DNA of 64,000 nucleotides from Arenicellales bacterium (GCA_028284225.1 JANQSD010000004.1:14869-78868), one strand, 5' to 3'. Positions 19,268 through 30,913 are shown, numbered from the stretch's first letter. Notes: a model not told the origin generated them from the letters alone. Made by a program: numbers and translations.

Positions 19268-20311
19268 TTATTCAGATGCCGCAGATAAGGTTAACAACAT
19301 ATCTTCAATCAACAATGCCTCGTCTGAGACGCCGTCGTAACGTTTTGTTATGTCCAGTAAATAATCATAAAAATCAAACAAATTCGAAATCGGTAGTCGC
19401 TCAGCAATAGATGACAGACCGCTTCGATAGTGAATATTGTTATGTTCTGCATAGCCGGACTTAAATCTAATTAGATCACTGAAAAAACAGCAGAGCCAAT
19501 GCAAGATAAAATCTGTCTGCTTTAATTTCTGCCAATTTCGAGCAATGGTGACGATGCTGGTACTACCCTTGCTGATAACTTCCTCAACGTCTTTGACTAA
19601 ATCATCAACTATCGATTGCTGGTCTTCCAGCATATATTGATGTGCCAGCAAAGGTCGATTTGAAGCTAAATGAAGGGCATCAATAACTTGGTCCTCATTT
19701 TTGTCAGCATGTTGCTGCATTAACCATTCAACTGATGCCAGAGATGTCGGCGGGACAATGTCGATTTTCATGCAACGACTGCGAATAGTAGCCGGCAACC
19801 TGGAAATATCATGACTCACCAATATAATCAGTGTTTGGTCTGTGGGCTCTTCTAAAAATTTTAGTAATGCGTTTGCCGCATTTCGATTCATGCTTTCGGC
19901 CGGACAAATAACTGCGACTTTATTACCTGCCAAAGCTGCCGATTCACTCATGCTCACAACCAATGATCGAATGCTATCCACACTAATCTGCCTGGACAAA
20001 CGTTTTTTCTCAAGCAGCTCTGAATCCAAATAGCGCATCGCTGAATTTTGCAAACACTGATCCAGTTGATGGTACGAATAGGCACTGGTCAGAACATGTA
20101 AATCCGGATGAGTGCCAGCATATACTAAATTATCTGCCTGGGTTGACGAAAGTTGCTTGAGTAACTGCAAACAAACTTTAGTTGTCAGATGACTTTTGCC
20201 TATCGCCGCCGGTCCGGTAAGCAGCACAGCATGTGCGTTATTAAATGCAGTAACAATTTCATCGACTAAAGTTTGAGTTACCCAGGGCAAATTGTTATCA
20301 ACTGTAACCAT
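19268..20311 (-). CDS. holB: DNA polymerase III delta' subunit
   Basis: GTHPD, NAANALLKFLEEP and TIRSRC motifs; tmk-holB synteny. Confidence 0.9.
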   Translation of the reverse strand: MVTVDNNLPWVTQTLVDEIVTAFNNAHAVLLTGPAAIGKSHLTTKVCLQLLKQLSSTQADNLVYAGTHPDLHVLTSAYSYHQLDQCLQNSAMRYLDSELLEKKRLSRQISVDSIRSLVVSMSESAALAGNKVAVICPAESMNRNAANALLKFLEEPTDQTLIILVSHDISRLPATIRSRCMKIDIVPPTSLASVEWLMQQHADKNEDQVIDALHLASNRPLLAHQYMLEDQQSIVDDLVKDVEEVISKGSTSIVTIARNWQKLKQTDFILHWLCCFFSDLIRFKSGYAEHNNIHYRSGLSSIAERLPISNLFDFYDYLLDITKRYDGVSDEALLIEDMLLTLSAASE

Positions 20312-20313
20312 AA

Positions 20314-20946
20314 TTACAAAGCTGCTTCTAGTAACGGTTTGAGGTGACTTGCGATTTGATTTTGAACCAAATCAAGAGGCTGGCTCGCATCAATGCATTT
20401 TACACGATCCGGTTCACTTTTACATAAAGCTAGATAATATTCCCTGACTCGATGTTTAAATTGGTCCCGTTGTTGTTCAAAACGATCGCCATCATCGGTT
20501 GCACCTCTGGATTTAGCGACATCAAGAGGAATATCCAATACCAGTGTTAGAGCGGGTTTAAAGTGCTGTTGCACCAACGTTTCCAAGACCTGGATTTGAT
20601 CAGATGCAATCCCCCTACCTGCCCCTTGATAAGCGTAAGTCGCATCAGTGAATCGATCACTTATCACCCACTCCCCGATCTTAAGTTTGGGCAAAATAAC
20701 CTCTTCAAGATGCTGGGCTCTGGCAGCAAACATAAGTAATAACTCAGTCAAATCACCACAGGCCACATCAGTCTGATAAAGCAAGGTTTGGCGTAAAGTT
20801 TCACCCAGGGTAGTTCCACCAGGCTCACGAGTTGTATGAACGTTAACACCCTGCGACTCAAGATATGACTTTATAAACGCCAGGTTGGTCGATTTACCAG
20901 CGCCATCCTGCCCTTCAATCGTAATAAATCGGCCGCTCGTGTTCAC
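20314..20946 (-). CDS. tmk: Thymidylate kinase
   Basis: FITIEGQDGAGKST, TREPGG and DRF..TYAYQG motifs. Confidence 0.95.
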   Translation of the reverse strand: MNTSGRFITIEGQDGAGKSTNLAFIKSYLESQGVNVHTTREPGGTTLGETLRQTLLYQTDVACGDLTELLLMFAARAQHLEEVILPKLKIGEWVISDRFTDATYAYQGAGRGIASDQIQVLETLVQQHFKPALTLVLDIPLDVAKSRGATDDGDRFEQQRDQFKHRVREYYLALCKSEPDRVKCIDASQPLDLVQNQIASHLKPLLEAAL

Positions 20947-21959
20947 CCTTTGCCTTTACGTTTAATTTGATATTCATTCACCGCCCGCTGATGCTCTTTA
21001 TAGGTTTTGGAAAACTGGTGGCTACCGTCGCCTTTAGCGACAAAATATAAGCTATCCGTTTCAGCCGGGTTGACTGCAGCATAAATCGACGCCAATCCCG
21101 GCATAGCGATGGGTGTTGGAGGTAAACCAGGATGTTGGTAAGTATTGTAACGATTCTGTTTAGAGTTCAAATGTTTACGAGTCAGGTTGCCATCAAACTG
21201 ATCCCCTAATCCATAGATTATTGTTGGATCTGTTTGCAGCAACATGCCCAGATTTAAACGGTTTGTGAAAACACCGCCAATAGTTGGGCGTTCTTCAGCC
21301 TTGCCGGTTTCCTTCTCAATAATTGAAGCCAGTATTAAGGCCTGATACTTATCTGCCAGAGGCGTATTACTATTACGTTCAGACCAAGCCTTGTTGAGAG
21401 CCTCTTGCATGCGTTCATGGGCCTGCTTAAGCACATCGAGATCCGTGTCGCTGGAACGAAAGACATAGGTATCCGGGAAAAACTGCCCTTCCGGATGCAT
21501 CCCTGCAGCGCCGAGTTCTTGCATGATTTTTTCATCACTCCAGTCTGATGTGACTTGAGTAAGGTGATCGGCTGCTGTAAGTTTTTCTCTGAATTGTTTA
21601 AATGTTAAACCTTCAACCAGGCTGACTTTATAAGTGATGACGTCACCTTTGATGAACTTAGCTAACACTTGTCTGGCGTTCATACCATCTGTAAGTTGAT
21701 AATCACCAGGTTTGATCTGGGTTGCCGTACCCTGATAGCGGCCTAATAAAGCAAAACTGTAAGCATCCGAGATAACACCTTGTTGGTGAAAGCGCTGTGA
21801 CACCTTACTTAGCGAGTCTCCCTGCTCAATCGTAAAAACATCCTCGGTAAACTGAAGCGGTTTCTGCCAGGCATCATTAATATACCAATATCCGGCAGCA
21901 GCAACGATCCCCCCCAAGAACATCAGACTGCATAAAAGTTTAAACAAAAACCTAAACAT
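20943..21959 (-). CDS. mltG: Endolytic transglycosylase
   Basis: EGQFFPDTY, ASIIEKET, LQTDPT and YNTY..GLPPTPI motifs. Confidence 0.95.
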   Translation of the reverse strand: MFRFLFKLLCSLMFLGGIVAAAGYWYINDAWQKPLQFTEDVFTIEQGDSLSKVSQRFHQQGVISDAYSFALLGRYQGTATQIKPGDYQLTDGMNARQVLAKFIKGDVITYKVSLVEGLTFKQFREKLTAADHLTQVTSDWSDEKIMQELGAAGMHPEGQFFPDTYVFRSSDTDLDVLKQAHERMQEALNKAWSERNSNTPLADKYQALILASIIEKETGKAEERPTIGGVFTNRLNLGMLLQTDPTIIYGLGDQFDGNLTRKHLNSKQNRYNTYQHPGLPPTPIAMPGLASIYAAVNPAETDSLYFVAKGDGSHQFSKTYKEHQRAVNEYQIKRKGKG

Positions 21960-22029
21960 TAAAAATTAACTATTACCATGGTAACAAATATCAATCGACC
22001 ATATAAAGATTGAAACTATCGTCAGGTTA

Positions 22030-23262
22030 TCAGAATTTACGAAACACTAAGGTGCCGTTGGTGCCGCCAAATCCAAAAGAATTACTCAAGACCACATTTA
22101 AATTTCGTTCTCTGGCTGCATTAGCTACATAATCAAGATCACATTCCGGGTCCTGGTCATTAAGATTAATCGTCGGTGGAACAATACCCTCGACAATGGC
22201 TTTACAGCTATAAATTGCTTCAATTCCGCCTGCCGCACCGAGCAAATGTCCAGTCATTGATTTTGTTGAACTCACCCATAATGCCTCAGCATGATCCGCA
22301 AAGCTTAGTTTTATAGCATTAGTTTCGGCAATATCGCCTTGTGGTGTAGAGGTACCGTGGGCATTGATATAGTCTACTTCAGCAGGATTAATAGCAGCAT
22401 TTTTTAGCGCATTGTTCATGCATCGCGAAGCACCCTCACCTGAAGCCAACGGTGCGGTCATGTGATAGGCATCTGCACTCATGCCAAAGCCGGCTAGTTC
22501 CGCGTATATCCGGGCTCCACGTTTTTTAGCTCGCTCTAATTCTTCCAGGACAACAATACCTGCCCCTTCTCCCATGACAAAACCATCCCTTGCTGTATCC
22601 CAGGGACAAGAAGCGGATGCCGGATCATCGTTACGTCTGGTCAGTGCTCTGGCATTACCAAAACCCGCGATTGCAGTGGGCGTTATACCAGCTTCAGCAC
22701 CGCCAGCAACCATCACATCGGCATCACCATATTCGATCAGGCGGGCAGCATCACCGATTGAATGCGTAGCAGTAGTACATGCCGTAACCATGGATAAATT
22801 TGGCCCTTGCAGGTTATACATGATCGATAAATTTCCGGAGATCATATTGATGATACTCATCGGCACATAAAATGGTGATACCCGTTTGGGGCCTTTTTCG
22901 TGATGTTCCAGAGTGGTCTTTTCTATGGTTTCAACACCACCGATACCAGAACCAATATAAGCACCAATCCGCTGTGGGTTTTCCTGGTCAAAATCCAGCC
23001 CGGAATCAGAAATGGCTTCCATAGCCGCAGCAAGACCAAGTTGAATAAACCGGTCCATGCGTCTGGCATCTTTACTGGAAAGATAGTCCTCCGATACAAA
23101 ATCATCGACTTGACCGGCGACCTGACACGGATAGGCACTGGTATCAAAACGATCAATCAGGGTAATACCGCTAACGCCAGCGGTGATATTCTGCCAGTTC
23201 TTTTTTAGACCTGTGCCAACCGGGGAAATAATTCCTAGTCCTGTAACGACAACTTTTCTCAT
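22030..23262 (-). CDS. fabF: 3-oxoacyl-ACP synthase II
   Basis: TACTT, NAHGTST, KSMTGHLLGAAG and SNSFGFGGTN motifs. Confidence 0.95.
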   Translation of the reverse strand: MRKVVVTGLGIISPVGTGLKKNWQNITAGVSGITLIDRFDTSAYPCQVAGQVDDFVSEDYLSSKDARRMDRFIQLGLAAAMEAISDSGLDFDQENPQRIGAYIGSGIGGVETIEKTTLEHHEKGPKRVSPFYVPMSIINMISGNLSIMYNLQGPNLSMVTACTTATHSIGDAARLIEYGDADVMVAGGAEAGITPTAIAGFGNARALTRRNDDPASASCPWDTARDGFVMGEGAGIVVLEELERAKKRGARIYAELAGFGMSADAYHMTAPLASGEGASRCMNNALKNAAINPAEVDYINAHGTSTPQGDIAETNAIKLSFADHAEALWVSSTKSMTGHLLGAAGGIEAIYSCKAIVEGIVPPTINLNDQDPECDLDYVANAARERNLNVVLSNSFGFGGTNGTLVFRKF

Positions 23263-23296
23263 GGTTACCTGACCACCCTAGAGGGAATTTTATTTT

Positions 23297-23330
23297 AAAA
23301 ATAACATTGCCGGCGCTAGGCCGGCAATGT
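23297..23330 (-). terminator. Intrinsic terminator after acpP
   Basis: 11-bp stem ACATTGCCGGC/GCCGGCAATGT followed by TATTTTT on the minus strand. Confidence 0.75.
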
Positions 23331-23345
23331 CGGAGAAAAACGATG

Positions 23346-23579
23346 TTAGCTGTTCGCGTTAATATAATCGACAGCTTGCTTAACAGTAGTGATTTTTTCT
23401 GCTTCTTCATCAGGAATTTCAGTACCAAATTCCTCTTCCAGAGCCATCACCAGCTCCACTGTATCAAGTGAATCAGCACCCAGATCATCTACAAATGATG
23501 AATCTGAACCGACTTGATCATCACTAACGCCTAATTGTTCAACAACAATTTTTTTGACGCGCTCTTCTACTGTACTCAT
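23346..23579 (-). CDS. acpP: Acyl carrier protein
   Basis: [20 protein letters not shown]. Confidence 0.97.
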   Translation of the reverse strand: MSTVEERVKKIVVEQLGVSDDQVGSDSSFVDDLGADSLDTVELVMALEEEFGTEIPDEEAEKITTVKQAVDYINANS

Positions 23580-23800
23580 GATTTCGTTAACCTCTATGGT
23601 TGGTTCTAAAATTCCCGACTTTCAGTCAAACTGAAGGCCCTTAAATCCGTGGAACGGCTACTACATTCCAATTTTGCCCGAATGATACCATTTTATCTAT
23701 CAATTCGGAACCAGAGTCTGTTGACATTCATCACAATTTTCTCATTAGCCAAGAAAAATCATCCAGCCAAGCCTGCCTGAGTAGCAGGTCACAACTCACT

Positions 23801-24544
23801 CTAGTTCATAAACATCCCGCCATTAACATGCAAAGTAGTGCCGGTAATGTAATTTGCATCGGCAGAAGCTAAAAATGCCACGGCCGCCGCAATATCATCA
23901 GGAGCACCTAACTTTTTCATGGGAATGGTCGACATAATCATATCTTTCGCCTTTTCATCCAGTTCACTGGTCATGTCGGTATCAATAAACCCGGGAGCCA
24001 CTGCATTGACGGTTATATTCCGTGATGCAATTTCCTGGGCCAGGGATTTAGTTAAACCGATAATACCGGCCTTGGCAGCAGAATAATTGACCTGCCCCGG
24101 GTTTCCCGTCACCCCAACAACAGACGTTATGTTAATTATCCGGCCCTTTCTGGCTTTAGTCATGGCCCTGATGCAGGCTTTACACATTTTATAGACCGAG
24201 GTCAGATTAGTATCGATAATTTGCTGCCATTGCTCATCTTTCATCAACAGGAACAAATTATCACGGGTAATACCGGCATTATTAACCAGAATACTCACAG
24301 CACCGTGGTCGGCGTTGATTTTATCAATCAGGTTCTTTATGTCTTCATCGCTGTTTACATCGAGTTTGATACCGGCCCCGGCTACGTTATTCTCTTGTAA
24401 ATATTGGGAGATTGAATCCGCACCCTGATCACTGGTAGCCGTACCAATTACGGTTGCTCCGGCACTGCCCAAACGTAATGCAATGGCCTTACCAATACCT
24501 CGGCTGGCACCGGTTACTAATGCTATTTCAGCTTGTAAATTCAT
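23801..24544 (-). CDS. fabG: 3-oxoacyl-ACP reductase
   Basis: TGASRGIG, NNAGITRD and YSAAK motifs. Confidence 0.95.
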   Translation of the reverse strand: MNLQAEIALVTGASRGIGKAIALRLGSAGATVIGTATSDQGADSISQYLQENNVAGAGIKLDVNSDEDIKNLIDKINADHGAVSILVNNAGITRDNLFLLMKDEQWQQIIDTNLTSVYKMCKACIRAMTKARKGRIINITSVVGVTGNPGQVNYSAAKAGIIGLTKSLAQEIASRNITVNAVAPGFIDTDMTSELDEKAKDMIMSTIPMKKLGAPDDIAAAVAFLASADANYITGTTLHVNGGMFMN

Positions 24545-24557
24545 GTTGTGTTCCAGA

Positions 24558-25532
24558 TTAATAATTAATCAAGGTTCCGCCCCAGGCAAAACCACCGCCA
24601 AAACCTTCCAGAATCAATTTCTGCCCTCGCTTAATACGCCCATCACGTATACCCGTATCTAAGGCCAACGGAATTGACGCGGCGGAAGTATTACCATGAG
24701 TATCAACAGTAACAATAACTCGTTCCATGGGTAATTTTAACTTTTTCGCCATGGCGCTAATGATCCTGATATTAGCCTGATGCGGCACCATCCAGTCAAT
24801 ATCATCATAAACCAGCTGATTTTGAACGATGATTTCATCAATGCTTTCGCCCAGCTTTTTGACTGCCACCTTAAACACCTCACTGCCCTGCATTGTGGTA
24901 TAGGCTTCACCCTGAACAACTTTTTGATAGTTGCTGGATACACCCACCGGGACACAGAGCAAATCAGCATAACGCCCATCTGCATGCAAAATAGATGAAA
25001 CAACGCCAGGTTCACTACTGCGTTCCAGAATCACTGCGCCTGCACCATCACCAAATAAAATACAGGTATTGCGATCCTGCCAGTCAATAATTCTGGAGAA
25101 GGTTTCAGCTCCGATGACTAATGCTTTGGTTGCTGTACCGGTTTTAATAAACTTGTCCGCTATATCTATGGCGTAAATAAAACCCGCACAAACTGCCTGC
25201 ACATCAAATGCGGGACAGCCGCGAATGCCCAAGCGCTCCTGAACCAGGCATGCAGTACTTGGAAAAACCAGATCGGGTGTTGTCGTAGCGACAACGATTA
25301 AATCAATATCTTGTGCATCTATATTGGCTGCATCGATTGCATTAAGCGCCGCTTTCAGAGCCAGATCGGACGTCATTTCATTTTCAGCTGCAATTCGGCG
25401 TTCACGTATTCCAGTACGTGCCACAATCCATTCATCACTGGTTTCAACCATTTGCTCCAGCTCTGAATTAGTCATAACTCGTTGCGGTAGATAACTGCCG
25501 CTGCTGGCTATTCTCGAATGATATAGACTCAT
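24558..25532 (-). CDS. fabH: 3-oxoacyl-ACP synthase III
   Basis: [14 protein letters not shown] and GNTSAAS motifs. Confidence 0.95.
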   Translation of the reverse strand: MSLYHSRIASSGSYLPQRVMTNSELEQMVETSDEWIVARTGIRERRIAAENEMTSDLALKAALNAIDAANIDAQDIDLIVVATTTPDLVFPSTACLVQERLGIRGCPAFDVQAVCAGFIYAIDIADKFIKTGTATKALVIGAETFSRIIDWQDRNTCILFGDGAGAVILERSSEPGVVSSILHADGRYADLLCVPVGVSSNYQKVVQGEAYTTMQGSEVFKVAVKKLGESIDEIIVQNQLVYDDIDWMVPHQANIRIISAMAKKLKLPMERVIVTVDTHGNTSAASIPLALDTGIRDGRIKRGQKLILEGFGGGFAWGGTLINY

Positions 25533-26548
25533 TCTTTTTCGCCCAGCCAGTATGTTAATTCCTCACTGATTCTCTGTGGTAAGTCTTTATTGGCCTCTAC
25601 ATAAGCCTCATTAATGGCATGTGCAAATGCTAACCGATCAGCGCCACCGTGACTTTTAACCACTGTTCCATTTAGGCCAATGAATGTTGCACCGTTATAA
25701 CGGCGGTGATCAACACGGCGCTTCATCGCTCTGACTACCGGCCAGGCGACTACTGCAGATAGCTTGCGCAATAAGGTGCGTTGAAACTCCTCACGCATAA
25801 TAGAACTGATTAATTGAGCCAGACCTTCGCTTGTTTTGAGCGCCACATTACCGACAAAACCATCACAAACAATGACGTCCACATCACCTGTATAGATTGA
25901 ATCGCCCTCAACAAACCCTTGATAGTTCAAATTACTCTTTTTCATCAGCTCTGCGGTTTGTTTGATTATTTCATTACCTTTAATGTCTTCAACACCAATA
26001 TTCAATAAGGCGACAGTCGGTGATGGGATATTTTCAACCGTTTTCACCAAGATGGAAGCCATCACAGCAAATTGCAATAACAGCTCCGGCGGGCTATCGA
26101 CATTCGCCCCTAAATCCAGCATGTGAATATGCCCCCGTTTGGAAGGCAGAGCAGTAACAATTGCGGGTCGGTCTATGCCGGGCAATGTTTTCAGTACGAA
26201 CCGCGAGGTCGCCATTAAGGCACCCGTATTACCGGCACTGACACAAGCCTGAGCACGCCCTTCCTTGACAAGATTAATAGCCACCCGCATGGATGAGTCC
26301 TTTTTCTTCTTTAATGCCAAGGCTGGCGACTCGTCCATTGCCACTACTTCAGTAGTATGTTGAACCGTTAATCGCGATTTTAAGTCCGCCGCTACAGAGC
26401 CCAGTTCCTTGCTGATGGTCTGTTCATCGCCCACCAGAATCATCTTTACATCAGAATGACGCGATAAAAAGTGCTTTGACGCAGAAACCGTCACTTGTGG
26501 GCCATGATCCCCACTCATCACATCAATGGCTATTGTGGTACCGCTCAT
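25529..26548 (-). CDS. plsX: Phosphate acyltransferase
   Basis: [24 protein letters not shown] and KSHG motifs. Confidence 0.95.
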   Translation of the reverse strand: MSGTTIAIDVMSGDHGPQVTVSASKHFLSRHSDVKMILVGDEQTISKELGSVAADLKSRLTVQHTTEVVAMDESPALALKKKKDSSMRVAINLVKEGRAQACVSAGNTGALMATSRFVLKTLPGIDRPAIVTALPSKRGHIHMLDLGANVDSPPELLLQFAVMASILVKTVENIPSPTVALLNIGVEDIKGNEIIKQTAELMKKSNLNYQGFVEGDSIYTGDVDVIVCDGFVGNVALKTSEGLAQLISSIMREEFQRTLLRKLSAVVAWPVVRAMKRRVDHRRYNGATFIGLNGTVVKSHGGADRLAFAHAINEAYVEANKDLPQRISEELTYWLGEKE

Positions 26549-26616
26549 TTTATTATTTTAGGCCATCGGCCAGCAGTTTTGAATTTTTATGAGTGGTTAT
26601 TTTTTAAAGACGATGA

Positions 26617-26832
26617 CTATTCGTCATCATCGTCATCTAGATCGAAATCCAAGCCTTCATCTTTTGTAACTAATACTTTGCGGCCACGATAATAACCATC
26701 TTCCGTGACATGGTGCCTGCGATGTAATTCACCTGAAACCGGATCAGTCGATAAGGTCGTTGACTTCAATGCGTCATGAGAACGGCGCATATCCCGCTTT
26801 GATGATGATTTTTTGTTTTGCTGTACAGCCAT
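26617..26832 (-). CDS. rpmF: 50S ribosomal protein L32
   Basis: [28 protein letters not shown]. Confidence 0.95.
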   Translation of the reverse strand: MAVQQNKKSSSKRDMRRSHDALKSTTLSTDPVSGELHRRHHVTEDGYYRGRKVLVTKDEGLDFDLDDDDDE

Positions 26833-26982
26833 TTTGGCACAAACCTCAACAATATTTAAATATGGCGGCGGATTTTACCACAAGCTTTATCATCAATGCG
26901 CAGCATATAATTCAATTTTTTACCTCAAAACCCTGATTTTTAATTAAAATTTGACTCTAATTTATCCCAACGGAAGTTTAGT

Positions 26983-27567
26983 TTGAAATTAGTTCTGGCC
27001 TCTTCCTCGCCGTACCGAAAACAGCTAATGCAACGGCTGCAGATTGATTTTATAACGGCCTCACCCGATATTGATGAAAGTCGATTGGATGGCGAATCCA
27101 CCCTGGATTTAGTCAAGCGCTTATCAATTGAAAAAGCCAAGGCTCTGCAAGCCGGTTTTCCTGAAGCACTAATTATTGGCTCTGATCAAATAATCGTGAC
27201 TCAAGATGGAAAAATCCATGGCAAACCACTGACTCATGAAAAGGCGGTCGAACAACTACGGCAAGTCAGTGGAACCGAAGTTGAATTAATCACAGGGCTG
27301 GCACTATTCAACAGCAAAGCAGATAGACTGCAATATGATTGTGTAAACTATAAAATCGGCTATCGATCGCTTTCTGACGCCCAGATCGATAATTATTTGC
27401 GTATTGAGCAACCTTATAATTGCGCCGGATCATTAAAGTCAGAAGGATTAGGCATTAGTTTACTTACTTATCTACGCGGTGATGATCCAACAGCAATCAT
27501 CGGTTTACCGCTGATTAAACTCACCGATATGTTATTAGCTGAAGGGATGGTATTGCCGGATCATTAA
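26983..27567 (+). CDS. Maf-family nucleotide pyrophosphatase (YceF-like)
   Basis: LASSSPYR, IGSDQ, CAGSLKSEGLG and IIGLPL motifs. Confidence 0.9.
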   Translation: MKLVLASSSPYRKQLMQRLQIDFITASPDIDESRLDGESTLDLVKRLSIEKAKALQAGFPEALIIGSDQIIVTQDGKIHGKPLTHEKAVEQLRQVSGTEVELITGLALFNSKADRLQYDCVNYKIGYRSLSDAQIDNYLRIEQPYNCAGSLKSEGLGISLLTYLRGDDPTAIIGLPLIKLTDMLLAEGMVLPDH

Positions 27568-27708
27568 GCTCACCGGGAAATAATACGGGTATTAAAGTGA
27601 GCCTTGTTTAATTGTGCCATTCAACTTCCTGGTGAATACTGTCAAAATAGATCCGACAAGCCTCACTTTGAATCATTGCCCATCCCCTGAGAGGGAAGAA
27701 ACAGGTAG

Positions 27709-28752
27709 TCAACGCAACTCAGGCACCATATCTGCCAGATTTATCTTCAAATGCTTGGCAATCGCCACTCCCAATTCACGACTAAAACGTTCAAATACGT
27801 CAGGTTGTAATGTGTAATCAATAATCGTTTCTTCGCCTATGTCATCTCTGGCCACTGCCCAGGGAGTTTTAAAACCATCTGTCAGGCCCATTTCATAGGC
27901 TTGTTCGCCATTCCAGAATTGCCCGGAAAACATTTCATCATCCTCTTTCAGGCGTGATCCTCTCGATTTACGCACTACATCGATAAATTGCTTGTGCACA
28001 CCATCAATCACTGTTTTTGCATGCTCGAGTTCTTCTTGCTTAATAGGCGAAAACGGGTCCAGCGAGGCTTTATTCTTGCCAGCCGTTAACAACCTTCTTT
28101 CGACACCTGCTTTTTCCATCAATTCAACAAAACCGAAACTATTCATCAACACACCGATTGATCCGACAATACTCGAGGGATTGGCGTAGATTGTGTCGGC
28201 TGCAGTAGCGGCATAATACCCTCCGGAAGCCCCTACATCACTGATCACAGCAACCATGGGTTTATCATATCTGGCTTTAAGTTTCTGAATTTCTTGATAT
28301 AGCATGTCCGCTTGAACCGGGCTGCCGCCAGGGCTGTTGATAGATAAAATAATACCTTTGGCGTTGTCTGCCTGGAATGCGCTTTTTAATCCGGTCAATA
28401 CGTTTTCGGCAGACGCATCATAACCGTCAGCAATAATCCCATCCAGCCTGACCAGAGCTGTATGGTCACCGGTAATTTGTTTATGTTGCCCAGTCAGGAT
28501 AGCGCCCAGCAGGCCGACAATAACTAACCAACCAATCAACTTAAGTGCAAACCCCCAGCGCCGTTTACGCTTGAGTTCCTTAACAAGTTCCTTAAGACTG
28601 GTATCAATCGTGCTGGACGAAACGCTTAACTTTTCTCCAGACATCGAAGATTGATTGGTTTTCTGCCTGACTGAATCATTAGCCAGTTCAGACAGCTCAG
28701 GTTCCTCAACCGACTCAGGTCGATTTAATTCCGGTTCATTTTTCCAAGGCAT
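27709..28752 (-). CDS. S49 family signal peptide peptidase (SppA-like)
   Basis: INSPGGS, GASGGYY and VGSIGV motifs. Confidence 0.9.
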   Translation of the reverse strand: MPWKNEPELNRPESVEEPELSELANDSVRQKTNQSSMSGEKLSVSSSTIDTSLKELVKELKRKRRWGFALKLIGWLVIVGLLGAILTGQHKQITGDHTALVRLDGIIADGYDASAENVLTGLKSAFQADNAKGIILSINSPGGSPVQADMLYQEIQKLKARYDKPMVAVISDVGASGGYYAATAADTIYANPSSIVGSIGVLMNSFGFVELMEKAGVERRLLTAGKNKASLDPFSPIKQEELEHAKTVIDGVHKQFIDVVRKSRGSRLKEDDEMFSGQFWNGEQAYEMGLTDGFKTPWAVARDDIGEETIIDYTLQPDVFERFSRELGVAIAKHLKINLADMVPELR

Positions 28753-28809
28753 AGGATATTCAAAATTTAACTACTAACTATTTGGAGTTTAGCAAACAAA
28801 AATTCAACA

Positions 28810-29454
28810 CTAACTTAACAGCCATTTTATCAGCGCTGAAAAGTTAGAAAACATAGCCACAGGATTGTGCTTTGCCAATTCAGTCGCTGGGTGCATACCA
28901 TAGTCAACTGCAACTGATGCCATACCGGCATTACCGGCCATTTGCAAATCATAGCTGGTATCACCGATCATGACAGCCTTGCCGACATCCTGACCCGTAT
29001 AGTCAAGGATATCGTAGAGCATTTGCGGATGAGGCTTACCAAATGCTTCATCTGCACAGCGAGTAATAATAAACAATTCTTCGAGTTGATAGTCACTTAG
29101 CAATGGTGCTAAACCTCGCCTGCCTTTACCTGTAGCCACGGCTAACATTTTATTTTCTTGATCCAATTGCTGCAGCCCTTCCATTACACCATCGAAAAAA
29201 GGCATTTCATGAGCTTCAGGGTGATAAAAATGGTAGCGATATTGATCAATATACCGGGCTGCCTGCTGGGTGGAAATTTCACCAAATAATTGCTGCAAAC
29301 AATCTTCCATGTTCAAACCGATAATATTTCGGGCTTGTCGGGTTGTTGGTACCGGCAAATCAACATCTTTAGCGGCATGACGTAAGCTCGATACGATTCT
29401 TGCCGAAGAATCCATTAATGTACCGTCCCAGTCAAAGATAATTAATTCGTACAT
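28810..29454 (-). CDS. HAD-IA family hydrolase
   Basis: FDWDGTL, ATGK, KPHP and MIGD motifs. Confidence 0.9.
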   Translation of the reverse strand: MYELIIFDWDGTLMDSSARIVSSLRHAAKDVDLPVPTTRQARNIIGLNMEDCLQQLFGEISTQQAARYIDQYRYHFYHPEAHEMPFFDGVMEGLQQLDQENKMLAVATGKGRRGLAPLLSDYQLEELFIITRCADEAFGKPHPQMLYDILDYTGQDVGKAVMIGDTSYDLQMAGNAGMASVAVDYGMHPATELAKHNPVAMFSNFSALIKWLLS

Positions 29455-30395
29455 TCATCTTCCACTTGAATCAAAACCCGCTTTAGTTCTTCAGGTAATG
29501 GCGAGAAGAAACTTAATTTTTGCCTGGTGACCGGATGTTTAAATGATAACTTTGACGCATGTAAGAATATGCGATTTAGGCCATATTCCTTTCTAAATTC
29601 ACGATTAAACTCAAAATCCCCATACTTTTTATCGCCAATAACTGGATGATTTAAGTGCGCGGCGTGGACTCTAATTTGATGCATGCGCCCGGTACTGATT
29701 TCGACTTTCATCAAACTGCTGTCGGTAAACACCTTAGAAGGCTTAAATTTGCTGCTTGCAGATTTACCTTGATCATCAACCCGGCTACTTTTAAAGTTTT
29801 CACTGTCCTTGCTAACACTAAGATTTACCTGGATGGTTCTAACACCATCCAGCCATTTCCCTTTAAGCAACGCTAAATATGTTTTCTTAATTCCGTTATT
29901 ATGAACACGTAAAATCTGTTGCAAGGTGGTCAGCACTTGTCTCGACTTGGCAATCATGAGACAACCTGAGGTATCCTTATCCAGCCTATGTACTAATTCC
30001 AGAAACGGAGTATGTGGTTTGGCGAACTTAAGTGTTTCTATTACACCAAACTCATTGCCGCTGCCACTGTGAACAGCCCAACCGGCAGGCTTGTTCAAAA
30101 TCAACAAGTGCTCATCTTCAAACAAAATACTCTGCAGCATTAATTCCCGGGCGCCTGTCCCAGGTTCGGCTGTGGTTTTATGGCTAACTCGTATCGGTGG
30201 AATTCGAACCTCATCACCATGTTCAAGCCGCTGCTGCACTTTGCAGCGCTTTTTGTTGATCCTGACTTCACCTTTACGAACAATGCGATAGATATGACTC
30301 TTGGGCACACCTTTTAGTTGTTTAATCAAAAAGTTATCAAGCCTCTGACCGGCGTGATTTAAATCAATCTTGACTATGTTGACTGAATCAGACAC
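29442..30395 (-). CDS. rluC: 23S rRNA pseudouridine synthase
   Basis: S4 domain, HRLDKDTSG and GRMHQIRVH motifs; divergent from rne. Confidence 0.9.
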   Translation of the reverse strand: MSDSVNIVKIDLNHAGQRLDNFLIKQLKGVPKSHIYRIVRKGEVRINKKRCKVQQRLEHGDEVRIPPIRVSHKTTAEPGTGARELMLQSILFEDEHLLILNKPAGWAVHSGSGNEFGVIETLKFAKPHTPFLELVHRLDKDTSGCLMIAKSRQVLTTLQQILRVHNNGIKKTYLALLKGKWLDGVRTIQVNLSVSKDSENFKSSRVDDQGKSASSKFKPSKVFTDSSLMKVEISTGRMHQIRVHAAHLNHPVIGDKKYGDFEFNREFRKEYGLNRIFLHASKLSFKHPVTRQKLSFFSPLPEELKRVLIQVEDECTN

Positions 30396-30913
30396 GAATA
30401 AAAACTAACTAAACCGTGAATTATGAATAAATGATGACATACGTTGAATTGATTGTTATATTCCAAGGTGCATAGGGTGAAGTGTACCTGTTCCTGATAA
30501 AAAGAACACAACACATACGGCATAAACTAATCATTATCGCCACCAAATTAATACCAGCCTATGCAATTGAACGTTTTTTAATTGACTGAAACTTTCAGTT
30601 AAGAACACAACGATGTTGTTGGTCGATTCAAAACACAAAATGAGCAAACCTGACCGGAACATCAAGACCAGAGCAGATTAAACGTTTCTCATCTGCTTAC
30701 ATGGTTAATGCATTAGTAGGAACGTATATATACTACTGCGTCACTGTGGAGTAGCAAATATTAATGGTTGATACCGATTGAACACGGATCAAAATAGAAA
30801 TTTTAAGGCAGTTATGCTACTGCTAATACCTGTAATTGCCATCTGGATTTTCAGCAAACACCTGAAAGTTAGAGGCTTGTTGCTGCTCCCTTGTGCGCTC
30901 AAGGGATTCATTA

